From Thermoplasmata archaeon (GTDB lineage: Archaea; Thermoplasmatota; Thermoplasmata; GCA-020350865), in the NCBI GenBank assembly GCA_020348445.1, contig CP070751.1:1996686-2007852 (forward strand): a DNA stretch of 11,167 bases, in the 5' to 3' direction. Positions 1 through 8,209 of this stretch are shown piece by piece. Every line of letters starts with the position of its first letter. Positions within the stretch are counted from its first letter, which is position 1. The translations under genes were made by a program, and so were the position numbers. The notes under the pieces were generated by a model, which saw nothing but the letters and a program-made list of their open reading frames with translations, ran no database searches and was not told where the DNA came from.

Positions 1-1067
1 GACTTTCCTAGCTGGGAGTCATTGAAAACTCTTATGATAGCATGGGCTAAGGCTTTTGAATCTTTTGGCGTAACCAAAATACCCGTAACACCGTCCTGGA
101 CGACCTCTGGAATTCCCCCGACATTCGTTGAAATAACGGGCTTCCCCATTGCCATAGCTTCAAGGTTTACCCTACCAAAGCCCTCGATGCGCGATGGAAG
201 CACAAAGATATCAAAAGAAGCCAGGAACTCTGGAATATTCTCACTAAATCCCGTGAAAATGATTCTATCTTTCAAACCCATTGAATGTACCAGCGACAAA
301 AGATCTTGTTTGTAGCTCTGGGAATTCGGATAAATGGCTTCTCCCACTATTGCCAATTTAACATCAAACCCTTCATTAATCACCGTACCTATTGCCTCTA
401 TAAGTTCTTCAAATCCCTTTAGAGGAGCGAGATGACCTATTGTCCCAATCAGCTTTGTTTCTTTACCTATATTCAACCTGGAGCGTGCCTTCTCTCCACC
501 TAAGGCTGGGGCAAAAAGGGAGAGGTCAATCCCGTTATAGACGGTCTCCTTTCTCCCATTTTCGGGGAAGATACCTCCGACTGCACGCGAATTGGTAATA
601 ATCTTATCCGGGAATAGATGTCCCATTGACCGTAACATCCATTTCAACCAGAACGTTTCTATTAAATCCCTCACATGCCAAATCAATGGTGTCTTGGTAA
701 TGAGAGAAATAACCGAACCGATGAAATGGCATTTAATCCCATTGGTAACGATAAGATGCACGCCTTTATCTTTGATGAGGTTCTTCAAAGTCAGAATAGT
801 AGGGGTAAACCACCAAGAGAAAAATGGGAGGGCGAATAGCTGAAGACCATTCCCTTTTCTGCTCAGCTCTAATATCCTTCGATGATAGGGTACGATCTCT
901 ATCTCAACCCCTATCTTCCGCAATTCCTCGACAAATTTACCCTGGGCGGGACAACTGATAATGGGATGGTGCTTTTCCTTATTTAAAAGCCTTAACAAAT
1001 CTAACAGACTCTTCTCCGCGCCTCCAAGTTGAGAGGAAGGGTTTAAGTAAAGTATCTTGTGTTTCAA
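1..1067 (-). CDS. GT4 family (GT-B fold) glycosyltransferase, 3' end outside window
   Basis: Not in the ORF track. My manual translation of the minus strand from TTG at 1067-1065 is open to the window edge (355 full codons): MKHKILYLNPSSQLGGAEKSLLDLL...IWHVRD...VYNGID...IGTIGHLAPLKGFEELIEA...FDIFVLPSRIEGFGRVNLEAMAMGKPVISTNVGGIPEVVQDGVTGILV. It has the N-terminal GGAE motif and the EX7E motif (EGFGRVNLE). The start overlaps the upstream TGA stop (TTGA). Confidence 0.93.
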   Translation of the reverse strand, partial: MKHKILYLNPSSQLGGAEKSLLDLLRLLNKEKHHPIISCPAQGKFVEELRKIGVEIEIVPYHRRILELSRKGNGLQLFALPFFSWWFTPTILTLKNLIKDKGVHLIVTNGIKCHFIGSVISLITKTPLIWHVRDLIETFWLKWMLRSMGHLFPDKIITNSRAVGGIFPENGRKETVYNGIDLSLFAPALGGEKARSRLNIGKETKLIGTIGHLAPLKGFEELIEAIGTVINEGFDVKLAIVGEAIYPNSQSYKQDLLSLVHSMGLKDRIIFTGFSENIPEFLASFDIFVLPSRIEGFGRVNLEAMAMGKPVISTNVGGIPEVVQDGVTGILVTPKDSKALAHAIIRVFNDSQLGK

Positions 1068-2239
1068 GCTGAATTCGACCTCAGTTCTTTCTTTTTGGAT
1101 CTCATCAGATCAAAATATAGCTTTTCCGTTTCATCTATCATTTTATCCAGCCTAAAGTGCTTACTCACCCTTCGTCTCCCAGCCTTCCCCATGCTTTGAG
1201 AGAGGTTTTTATTCTCCAATAACCTCTTGATCGATTCAGCAAGCCGTTCACTATTCCGTAGAGGAACTAACATGCCGGTTTTGCCATCAACGACGGCTTC
1301 CGCGGTTCCGGGGACTCGGGTCGCAACTATGGGCTTGGACGCTGCCATGGCCTCCAAAACCACCAAAGGCAAACCTTCCCATAAAGAGGAAAGAACAAAG
1401 ATATCAAAGAAATCCAAGATCTCCCTGGCATCTTCTCGGTATCCCAAAAAGGTAACATCTCCGTTTAACCCCAATCGGCGACTTAGATCTTCCAGGTCTC
1501 CTCTCTGCTCCCCACCTCCTATGATCAAGCATTTGACGCCTGGATAATCCGCTACAACGTTGGACATTGCGTATAAGAGGGTGTGTACATCTTTTTGTTT
1601 AGAGAGCCTTGTAATCGTTCCCACAACGGGACCATCGCCCAGATTCAATTCTCTTTTCTTTCTTGTTCGACTATTTTTCCCATCCAAAGGATTTTGATAT
1701 CCATCAAATTCTATCCCGTTTTTGATGACCACAATTTTTCCCGGACTCACTCCCTGACTGATCAGGTCCCATTTTACTGACTCTGAGACAGCAACGATTC
1801 GATCATTGAATTGAGCGGTGAAATTATCCAATGACTGATAGTACTTCCCCTTCAGCCGTTGTCGAATATTTTTGGCCCTCCCGCCACTAGCCAATTCTCT
1901 CGTTAAATGGACCGTGGAGATGGAGATGGGAACATGTGCGACCTTAGAGGCAATCCTCCCCACCACATTGACAAGCATTCCATGGGTGTGCAGGATTTGA
2001 ACCTCTTCCCGAAGGATAAGATTGCTTAGCCGAAATGCTCCCATTAAATCATAGGTCTTCTTGATAGGAATAATCTCAACCTCTATGCCCTCTCGTCGTA
2101 GGACCTTAACCAACGGCCCATGAGACGGACAGGCAACTAAGAGATGATGCCCTCTCTTTCTTAAATGCTTGGCGAGGTTCAATAGAACCTTTTCACCTCC
2201 AGATATCTCGGATTTGTATGCGACTTGGAGTATTTTCAA
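1064..2239 (-). CDS. GT4 family glycosyltransferase (391 aa)
   Basis: N-terminal KILQV...SGGEKV, HTHG, IKNGIE, ITRLSKQKD, and FDIFVLSSLWEGLPLVVLEAMAASKPIVATRVPG (EX7E motif). TTG start at 2239. Confidence 0.95.
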   Translation of the reverse strand: MKILQVAYKSEISGGEKVLLNLAKHLRKRGHHLLVACPSHGPLVKVLRREGIEVEIIPIKKTYDLMGAFRLSNLILREEVQILHTHGMLVNVVGRIASKVAHVPISISTVHLTRELASGGRAKNIRQRLKGKYYQSLDNFTAQFNDRIVAVSESVKWDLISQGVSPGKIVVIKNGIEFDGYQNPLDGKNSRTRKKRELNLGDGPVVGTITRLSKQKDVHTLLYAMSNVVADYPGVKCLIIGGGEQRGDLEDLSRRLGLNGDVTFLGYREDAREILDFFDIFVLSSLWEGLPLVVLEAMAASKPIVATRVPGTAEAVVDGKTGMLVPLRNSERLAESIKRLLENKNLSQSMGKAGRRRVSKHFRLDKMIDETEKLYFDLMRSKKKELRSNSA

Positions 2240-2294
2240 TGGAGAGAGACCCCTGATAAGAGAAGATGCAATGTTGAAAAGAGTCAGTTTTTAT

Positions 2295-3014
2295 CTATAC
2301 AAATCTGAAAAAGGATTTGGCAGGATAATAGAAAGGGGAGATCTTAAAGCGAAACCTTCTGGAACCATCATTGGTATGCAAGGGAATCCTTGGAATGGAA
2401 TAGATATCCGGTTTTCTATTCCAAATGGTAAATCCTGCCTGATATCCAGCTTCCTTTACGATGTTCTTTACGCCATCGTCACAAGCCCCGAAGGGATAGG
2501 AGATGAAAGGAACATCTTCACTCAACAGATCTTCTAAATATAACTTCGATCCCCGTATTTCAATGCTCTGTTCTTCTTCATTAGCGGCTAGGAGATTGTT
2601 ATGAGAGTAACCATGGGACCCAAATTGAATAAGTCCTGCATTTTGCATCTTTAGTATTTGATCTCTGGAAAGTCCCTTGATCTTACCCCCTAAGGCCTTT
2701 TCGCTCTCCCAATAACCATTAATCCGATTAACAGTCAAGAAGATTGTTGCGGGAAAGCTATACTTTTCGAGAACGGGATAGGCATAGAGAAAATGATCCT
2801 CATAGCCGTCGTCAAAGGTAATGGCGAGTGTTTTACTATTTACTTTTTGGCTGTGGATAACACCATTAACTATCTCTTCTAGGGGAGCAACCCTGTAATG
2901 ATGTTCAGATAAATAATCCATATGGGAGCGGAAAACCTCAATTGGAGTATTTATCCCCGCGGGTAAAATATCCTTATGATCTCCGATAGTGTGATACGTC
3001 AGGATTGTGTACAA
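2295..3014 (-). CDS. Polysaccharide deacetylase, CE4/NodB-homology family (239 aa), no signal peptide seen
   Basis: ILTYH N-terminus, intact motif 1 (AITFDDGY), metal-binding HxxxH (FGSHGYSH), SYPFG motif and C-terminal IPRI. TTG start is the only obvious in-frame initiator. Confidence 0.93.
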   Translation of the reverse strand: MYTILTYHTIGDHKDILPAGINTPIEVFRSHMDYLSEHHYRVAPLEEIVNGVIHSQKVNSKTLAITFDDGYEDHFLYAYPVLEKYSFPATIFLTVNRINGYWESEKALGGKIKGLSRDQILKMQNAGLIQFGSHGYSHNNLLAANEEEQSIEIRGSKLYLEDLLSEDVPFISYPFGACDDGVKNIVKEAGYQAGFTIWNRKPDIYSIPRIPLHTNDGSRRFRFKISPFYYPAKSFFRFV

Positions 3015-3053
3015 TTTTGAATGGCTGATATTGCTATGGGAATCCTAATGCTA

Positions 3054-4211
3054 TTAATTTTCGATATTCCTAGATTCCTTAATTAAGTCATCTATTGTAG
3101 CAAGGACTTCATCTACTTCTATCCGCTTGAGGCAATTCATTTCCTTGCAGTCGATGGATTTATCCGGGTGCCAACATGGGCTACATGATAGCTGTGAACG
3201 AACCACCCGATTCCTTTTCAAGTCCCTTGGGCCAAACCTATCTGGGAAGGTCGGACCGAAAATAGCCACAGTTGGTATCCCGACTGCCAAACCTATATGC
3301 ATGGGACCTGAATCATTGCACACTAATAGGTCACATCTCTTGAATGCCGCAGCCATCTGGCAAATTGTCATGCCCGGCATAGTAAAGATACCTTTCCCCG
3401 GTTTCTCTCCTAATTGAGAAGCTTTTTCGTAAGGTCCGCCGAACATAAGGACATTGGTTGAATTGTTCTCGGTTAGCCTTCGGGCAAGGATAATGAATTT
3501 TTTCGTATCCCAACGCTTATATCGTGAGGCGCCGCCATAATGGAGGGCAATAGCTTTTCGGTTTAAATCGATTCCCTCTTGAGCAAAGATTTGCTCAACC
3601 ATGGTCTTGTCTTCACCATTAATGAATAACTCCATATGGCTATCTTCAAAATGAATTCCAAGGGGAGTCAACAATTTCAGGTTCTTATCGATTTCATGGA
3701 TCTCCGATTCGTAGGGGACACGATCGGTGAGGAGAAATCCTCCTCCTCGGACGGCGTAACTAATCGTTCGCTTCGCCCCTGAGAGATAGGCAATCAAGAT
3801 GTTCCGAAAATCCCCCTTGAAATCGATGGCCAGGTCGAAACATTCCCGCCTTAGTCGACGAATCAACTGATAAATACCGGTAACCCCTACTGTTTTCGAA
3901 TCCTCTTGATCCGGAACCGTCCAAAAGGGGTTAATAACAATAACCCTATCAATATAGGGGTTGCTCTTTACGACTTCGAAAGACCATTCTCTGACTACCA
4001 TGGTAATTCGGGGATGGTGAAATTGCTGTTTAAGGGATCGGACGGCAGGGGTTGTCAGAAGCACATCTCCCAAATGATCCAACCGAATAAGGAGAACTGA
4101 TCCTGGGACGCCGAAGGATTTCTCGTTCTGCCTCCTGAGAAGGAGTCCCCCGACAGTATCCAGAAGAGAAACAATTCTTCGCTTGTAGGGATTTAGGATC
4201 TGGTAGCTCAT
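3054..4211 (-). CDS. GT9 family glycosyltransferase (ADP-heptose:LPS heptosyltransferase-like, 385 aa)
   Basis: LLIRLDHLGDVLLTTPAVRSLK, NPYID, FDLAIDF, KRW, and VCNDSGPMHIGLAVGIPTVAIFGPT, the typical GT9 signatures. I give no symbol because WaaC/WaaF/WaaQ and other GT9s cannot be told apart by eye. Confidence 0.92.
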   Translation of the reverse strand: MSYQILNPYKRRIVSLLDTVGGLLLRRQNEKSFGVPGSVLLIRLDHLGDVLLTTPAVRSLKQQFHHPRITMVVREWSFEVVKSNPYIDRVIVINPFWTVPDQEDSKTVGVTGIYQLIRRLRRECFDLAIDFKGDFRNILIAYLSGAKRTISYAVRGGGFLLTDRVPYESEIHEIDKNLKLLTPLGIHFEDSHMELFINGEDKTMVEQIFAQEGIDLNRKAIALHYGGASRYKRWDTKKFIILARRLTENNSTNVLMFGGPYEKASQLGEKPGKGIFTMPGMTICQMAAAFKRCDLLVCNDSGPMHIGLAVGIPTVAIFGPTFPDRFGPRDLKRNRVVRSQLSCSPCWHPDKSIDCKEMNCLKRIEVDEVLATIDDLIKESRNIEN

Positions 4212-4215
4212 GGTT

Positions 4216-5352
4216 TCAGCTCATCAACTCCCTGTAGACCTGGTATTGGGCCTCCGCAATCTTTTTCCAGGTGAAATGTTCCGTCACCCTCTTTTTTCCC
4301 TTTTTCGCAAGGAGACTCCTGAGGTTTCGGTTACTCATCAGGCACTCAATTTTTTCCTTCAGACCCTTCACATCTCCCTCCTTGAAAATGAGCCCTGCTT
4401 CGTCGATAGTAGAAGGGATCTCCCCGGAATCAGAGCCTATGACCGGTACCCCGCACGCCATGGCCTCGATAATTACCCTGCCAAACTGTTCCTTCACGTG
4501 AGGGAGAGTGATGGAAGGGAAAACCAAGATATCGATGCAATTCAGATAATCTGGGATTTCGGAATGCAGAACGCCTTCGAGGAAAATCGTTTGTTGCCGA
4601 AGCCCTACTCCATCTATCAGTTGTTCTGCCTCATCTCTTAATTCACCATCACCAACAATGAGGAGTTGAACCTTCTTGCTGATTCGAGAAACCGCCTCGA
4701 TGAGATGCAATATTCCCTTCTGCCTCGTGATCTTTCCAACGAATCCAACCACAAAATCTCTAATCCCCAGTCCCTTCTTAAGGGAGGACACGTCTTTCTT
4801 ACGAAAAATATCCGTATCAACGCCGAGAGGTAAAACAGCGAATTCCCTCTCATAGCCCTTCCTCCTTACCACTCCAATTACTTCCTTATTCATGAGGAAA
4901 GCAAAATGAGCGTTTTCATACGTGTATTTTTCAAATGCCCAAAAGGGCGGTGGATACCTTTTGAAAACGTTCTGCGCGGAGAAGAATATGACCCTTGCTT
5001 TGGGAACAGTTCTCTTTATCCAAAAGATCGTGTGTGCAGTTACAGCGGAAAAAGGCTCCTCCCAAAGTTCAACAATATCCGGTTCTACCCTTTTCAATAG
5101 TTGCCTAATGCCAGGATAGATGTGTGTCACATTCCGAAAGGCATTCTGTTTAAAGCCCCAAGTTATGGGTTCATTAGATATTACTAGGTAGTTTTCATCG
5201 CTATCCTTTTCCAAACTTACGATCTTATTAAACTGTAACCAATGCTGAGGAACTAGCAAAGTCAATTCTACGTTGGGGTACTTGGCAACTTCGACCATTC
5301 TCCTTTGATATTCCTCAATAACGCACGAATGAGATATGCTTAATATTTTCAT
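4216..5352 (-). CDS. GT4 family glycosyltransferase (378 aa)
   Basis: PLGVD, VGFVGKITRQKG, and EQFGRVIIEAMACGVPVIGSDSGEIP (EX7E motif). The N-terminus (KILSISHS...ELTLLVPQHW) and the EQFG...SDSGEIP segment recall the subgroup that includes cyanobacterial HpsO (from memory, not verified). Confidence 0.94.
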   Translation of the reverse strand: MKILSISHSCVIEEYQRRMVEVAKYPNVELTLLVPQHWLQFNKIVSLEKDSDENYLVISNEPITWGFKQNAFRNVTHIYPGIRQLLKRVEPDIVELWEEPFSAVTAHTIFWIKRTVPKARVIFFSAQNVFKRYPPPFWAFEKYTYENAHFAFLMNKEVIGVVRRKGYEREFAVLPLGVDTDIFRKKDVSSLKKGLGIRDFVVGFVGKITRQKGILHLIEAVSRISKKVQLLIVGDGELRDEAEQLIDGVGLRQQTIFLEGVLHSEIPDYLNCIDILVFPSITLPHVKEQFGRVIIEAMACGVPVIGSDSGEIPSTIDEAGLIFKEGDVKGLKEKIECLMSNRNLRSLLAKKGKKRVTEHFTWKKIAEAQYQVYRELMS

Positions 5353-5356
5353 GATC

Positions 5357-7225
5357 TTAGTTCTGTCCTAAAACCCCGTAGCGTTTGTTGATATATACAT
5401 ATATTCCTTCCTCTTTCCAGTACGCCCTATATCCCATATAATCTCTCCCAGCAGGAGCTAGTTCTCTAAGTTCTTTTATAAACCTAGGAGTGACATCTAC
5501 CTTTAAATATTCAATAAAATACCTGCTGATGTGACTATCAAAAATAATGAAATCAATATCCTCACTCAATTCCTCCTTAAATCCAACTTCACTATATAAT
5601 ATTCTCCTATCTGCAAGGTAAGAAAGCATATATTCTGGGGCGCAAACTGAAGCATCTTCTGGAATCAATTGAATTGCTCTTCGCTGGGCATCAATATATG
5701 CCTTAGGCTTAAGCTCCTCCCACCTAAACCAATATGGTAAGCTTGAAACGTTTATGAAAAAGACCATCGTTGCCACAATAAGCACAATCTTTTCACTCTT
5801 AAACCTTTCTTTCAACTTAACAAGAGAAGACGAGTATGCAAGGAAAGCAAAACCCACTAATATAAGAAAATGCCAAGTGCGAATCTGAGGGTTCCTTCCC
5901 TCAAATATCACCAGTAAGAACCAAGGAATAACAAATATGATCTTTCGGGAAAAAAAAAGGAAAATAAATAAGAATGGCTGCAAAAAAGTGTATATTAACG
6001 CCAAAATTTTAGGTTTAAGGAATGTCTTAATGATATTGAACGGTTGCTTCACGTGAGCCAGTATATTTTGGAAACCCTCTGGATGAATATATAATTTAGA
6101 GCCGAAATAAGGTAATAGAATCTTGATTGTAACAAATAACCATACGCTTCCAGCAATTAACGGCGGAAGAAGCCACTTCTTACTCCTCCTCTGCATCAAT
6201 CCATAGACGAAGAACATGATAATAACTAAGGAAATATTCTCCTTTATTGAGAGACTCAAAAACATAAATAGTATAAATAAATTGAATTTTTCTTTCTGAT
6301 AAAAATAAAAAGTAAATAATAGAAAAAAAGGAGCTAAAATAACTTCATGAAAATCTAACACACTCGTACCGGCTATCTGATGAAACAACAGATATGACAA
6401 AACAACTAGCATAAGTGATATCGGGTTATGGTCATCCTTGATTATTAAGTATAATGGAATGGCCGAAAGACCTATCATTAGCGTTTTTATTAATAAAAAT
6501 GTATTGATATTTGGCCAAATTGAGAATAACGCAGCGAACGGATAGATCATAAAGTCTATATGCCATGAAAACAGGTAACCTCCATCATAAATTTCATGAA
6601 ACCATAATCCTTTTGAAACATTCAGAAAAAACCTGTAAAACCCGGCATCATCATATCCATAACCTCCAAAAACCAAGTATTTCCTTAAGCCTAACCCAAA
6701 CAAGCAAATTATATAAATGCCTATGCATCCTGCGAGTATCCATTTCATTCTTTTTCGTAGCTCAAGACCTATCTTTTCTAATTTAGAAATTGGGCTAAAC
6801 AGAATTATCTTAACAGATATTGTGCAAATTAACCAAGTAAACAAGACAAAAATGAGAATATTCCTGTGAAATGCAGTATGACTTGCTCCATAAAGAAAAA
6901 CGGGAATGTACAAAAGTAGTATAACTCCCGAAATATAACTAAGTCCATCCTGATAATGAGCGTCAAGAAATGAAACCCTTTTCATCTTCGCAAAGAATAA
7001 TGAACTGATGGTAGAGAAGGTTAAGATAGCAAGAAAAGATACACATAAAAAAATGAAAGTGGTTTGGTTCTTATCAAGTTTAAATAGGTTGTCCTCGACT
7101 AATTTTAAAAACAAAAATAAGGAAATAATATTAAAAAGAATAGCAGAAAACGCAAGTAAACCTTTTCTCGGTTGTCGCTGGAGCAAAAAATCTAATATTG
7201 TCATTAGACGGGATGAGGAGCTCAT
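5357..7225 (-). CDS. DUF2079-like polytopic membrane protein, putative GT-C fold glycosyltransferase (622 aa)
   Basis: Many hydrophobic helices. GYDDAGF follows a TM helix, then SWHIDFMIYPF, LLIKTLMIGLSAIPLY, DFHEVILAP and LSIKEN, matching the pattern I recall for DUF2079 (D..G / H / DFH / KE). The C-terminal domain is soluble (IPEDASVCA...LADR...IDFIIFD). Confidence 0.75.
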   Translation of the reverse strand: MSSSSRLMTILDFLLQRQPRKGLLAFSAILFNIISLFLFLKLVEDNLFKLDKNQTTFIFLCVSFLAILTFSTISSLFFAKMKRVSFLDAHYQDGLSYISGVILLLYIPVFLYGASHTAFHRNILIFVLFTWLICTISVKIILFSPISKLEKIGLELRKRMKWILAGCIGIYIICLFGLGLRKYLVFGGYGYDDAGFYRFFLNVSKGLWFHEIYDGGYLFSWHIDFMIYPFAALFSIWPNINTFLLIKTLMIGLSAIPLYLIIKDDHNPISLMLVVLSYLLFHQIAGTSVLDFHEVILAPFFLLFTFYFYQKEKFNLFILFMFLSLSIKENISLVIIMFFVYGLMQRRSKKWLLPPLIAGSVWLFVTIKILLPYFGSKLYIHPEGFQNILAHVKQPFNIIKTFLKPKILALIYTFLQPFLFIFLFFSRKIIFVIPWFLLVIFEGRNPQIRTWHFLILVGFAFLAYSSSLVKLKERFKSEKIVLIVATMVFFINVSSLPYWFRWEELKPKAYIDAQRRAIQLIPEDASVCAPEYMLSYLADRRILYSEVGFKEELSEDIDFIIFDSHISRYFIEYLKVDVTPRFIKELRELAPAGRDYMGYRAYWKEEGIYVYINKRYGVLGQN

Positions 7226-7247
7226 CTTTAGGATTAATTAGGCTTGG

Positions 7248-8201
7248 TCATAAATAATTATCACTATCACATCGATTACAAATCGGGATTTTTTCAAACT
7301 CTCTGTTTCTATGGATCTCTCTCAATCTGTTAATTATTGATCCAAACCACAGCTCATTTAACGTTTCATTCTGAATATTGCCAATTTTCAGTATTCCGTC
7401 GTAATCTACACAACAGACAGTGACATCTCCATTCCAAAGGGTCTGTAATTTTAGCCACAGTTCCCGGCAGGGCACTCTTCTCTCTAAAGGTCTCTTTTCA
7501 ACCCTTCTGTCCTTGAGCGTCCCATATCCGGTATTCACATCGTGTATGGTGATAGCATCTACAAGGGGTTGCCATCGTCTTGTGAACTGCTTCAGTGCGG
7601 ATGCCGTCTCCTCCATTCTCACCATACAAACCCTAATCTGAGGTTTTTCGTTCCCCTTTTTCATGTCGATCAAATTCATTAAATTGGCCAATACCCTCTC
7701 ATACTTCGAACCTATTGCGATTTCCTCGTGGCTTTCTTTTGTACAGCCCTCGAGCGAAAATGTTATTTCATCAATTCCTGCGTTAACCAGTGCCTTTGCA
7801 TACTCCCCGGTCATCAGCATCCCATTGGTATTGACCTTGACTAGGGTGTACTTTGACAGGGATTTCACATATTCGACCATGTCGACCAATTTTGGATGGA
7901 GTAGTGATTCCCCGTAATTGAACGGAACGATCATTTTCACGCCCATCTCAATTCCCTGCCGAGCACATTCCTTGAACAAATCGAAATCCATAAACCCTAC
8001 TTCCCTGGTCATTACCTCCCGATGACACATGAGACACCTGAGGTTGCATGAATTGGTTACCTCAATGCCAAGGCTCACCGGAGCTCCATTGAGGGAAAAA
8101 AGCCATGGCCACCTCAGTCTGGCCTTTCCCCCCCATTTGCCAGGGCTGACCAAACGCAAAACCTTGTCGATTATGCTCGTGCCGTAGTTAAAGTACTTCA
8201 T
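7248..8201 (-). CDS. Radical SAM protein with C-terminal SPASM/twitch domain (317 aa)
   Basis: CxxxCxxC (CNLRCLMC, 8025-8048), YGESLL in place of GGEP, and NTNG. C-terminal PCRELW...NGDVTVCCVDY...IGNI...LNELW...ICNRC gives four or five auxiliary-cluster cysteines. Confidence 0.95.
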   Translation of the reverse strand: MKYFNYGTSIIDKVLRLVSPGKWGGKARLRWPWLFSLNGAPVSLGIEVTNSCNLRCLMCHREVMTREVGFMDFDLFKECARQGIEMGVKMIVPFNYGESLLHPKLVDMVEYVKSLSKYTLVKVNTNGMLMTGEYAKALVNAGIDEITFSLEGCTKESHEEIAIGSKYERVLANLMNLIDMKKGNEKPQIRVCMVRMEETASALKQFTRRWQPLVDAITIHDVNTGYGTLKDRRVEKRPLERRVPCRELWLKLQTLWNGDVTVCCVDYDGILKIGNIQNETLNELWFGSIINRLREIHRNREFEKIPICNRCDSDNYL

Positions 8202-8209
8202 ATTTCATT

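Noticed and set aside
2250-2261. 12-bp CCCCTGATAAGA matching the reverse complement of a sequence near 11122-11133
   Set aside because: The second copy lies within coding sequence, there are no transposase or target-site features, and one such match is plausible by chance.
2240-2294. Possible internal promoter or terminator in the 55-bp spacer, also checked at 3015-3053 and 10553-10603
   Set aside because: No convincing -35/-10 pair or GC-rich hairpin with a U-tract was found.
7248-8201. Radical SAM/SPASM protein as a RiPP maturase
   Set aside because: No short precursor ORF, RRE/PqqD-like domain, peptidase or transporter is in the window, there is only one auxiliary-cluster motif, and the context is entirely glycan-related.
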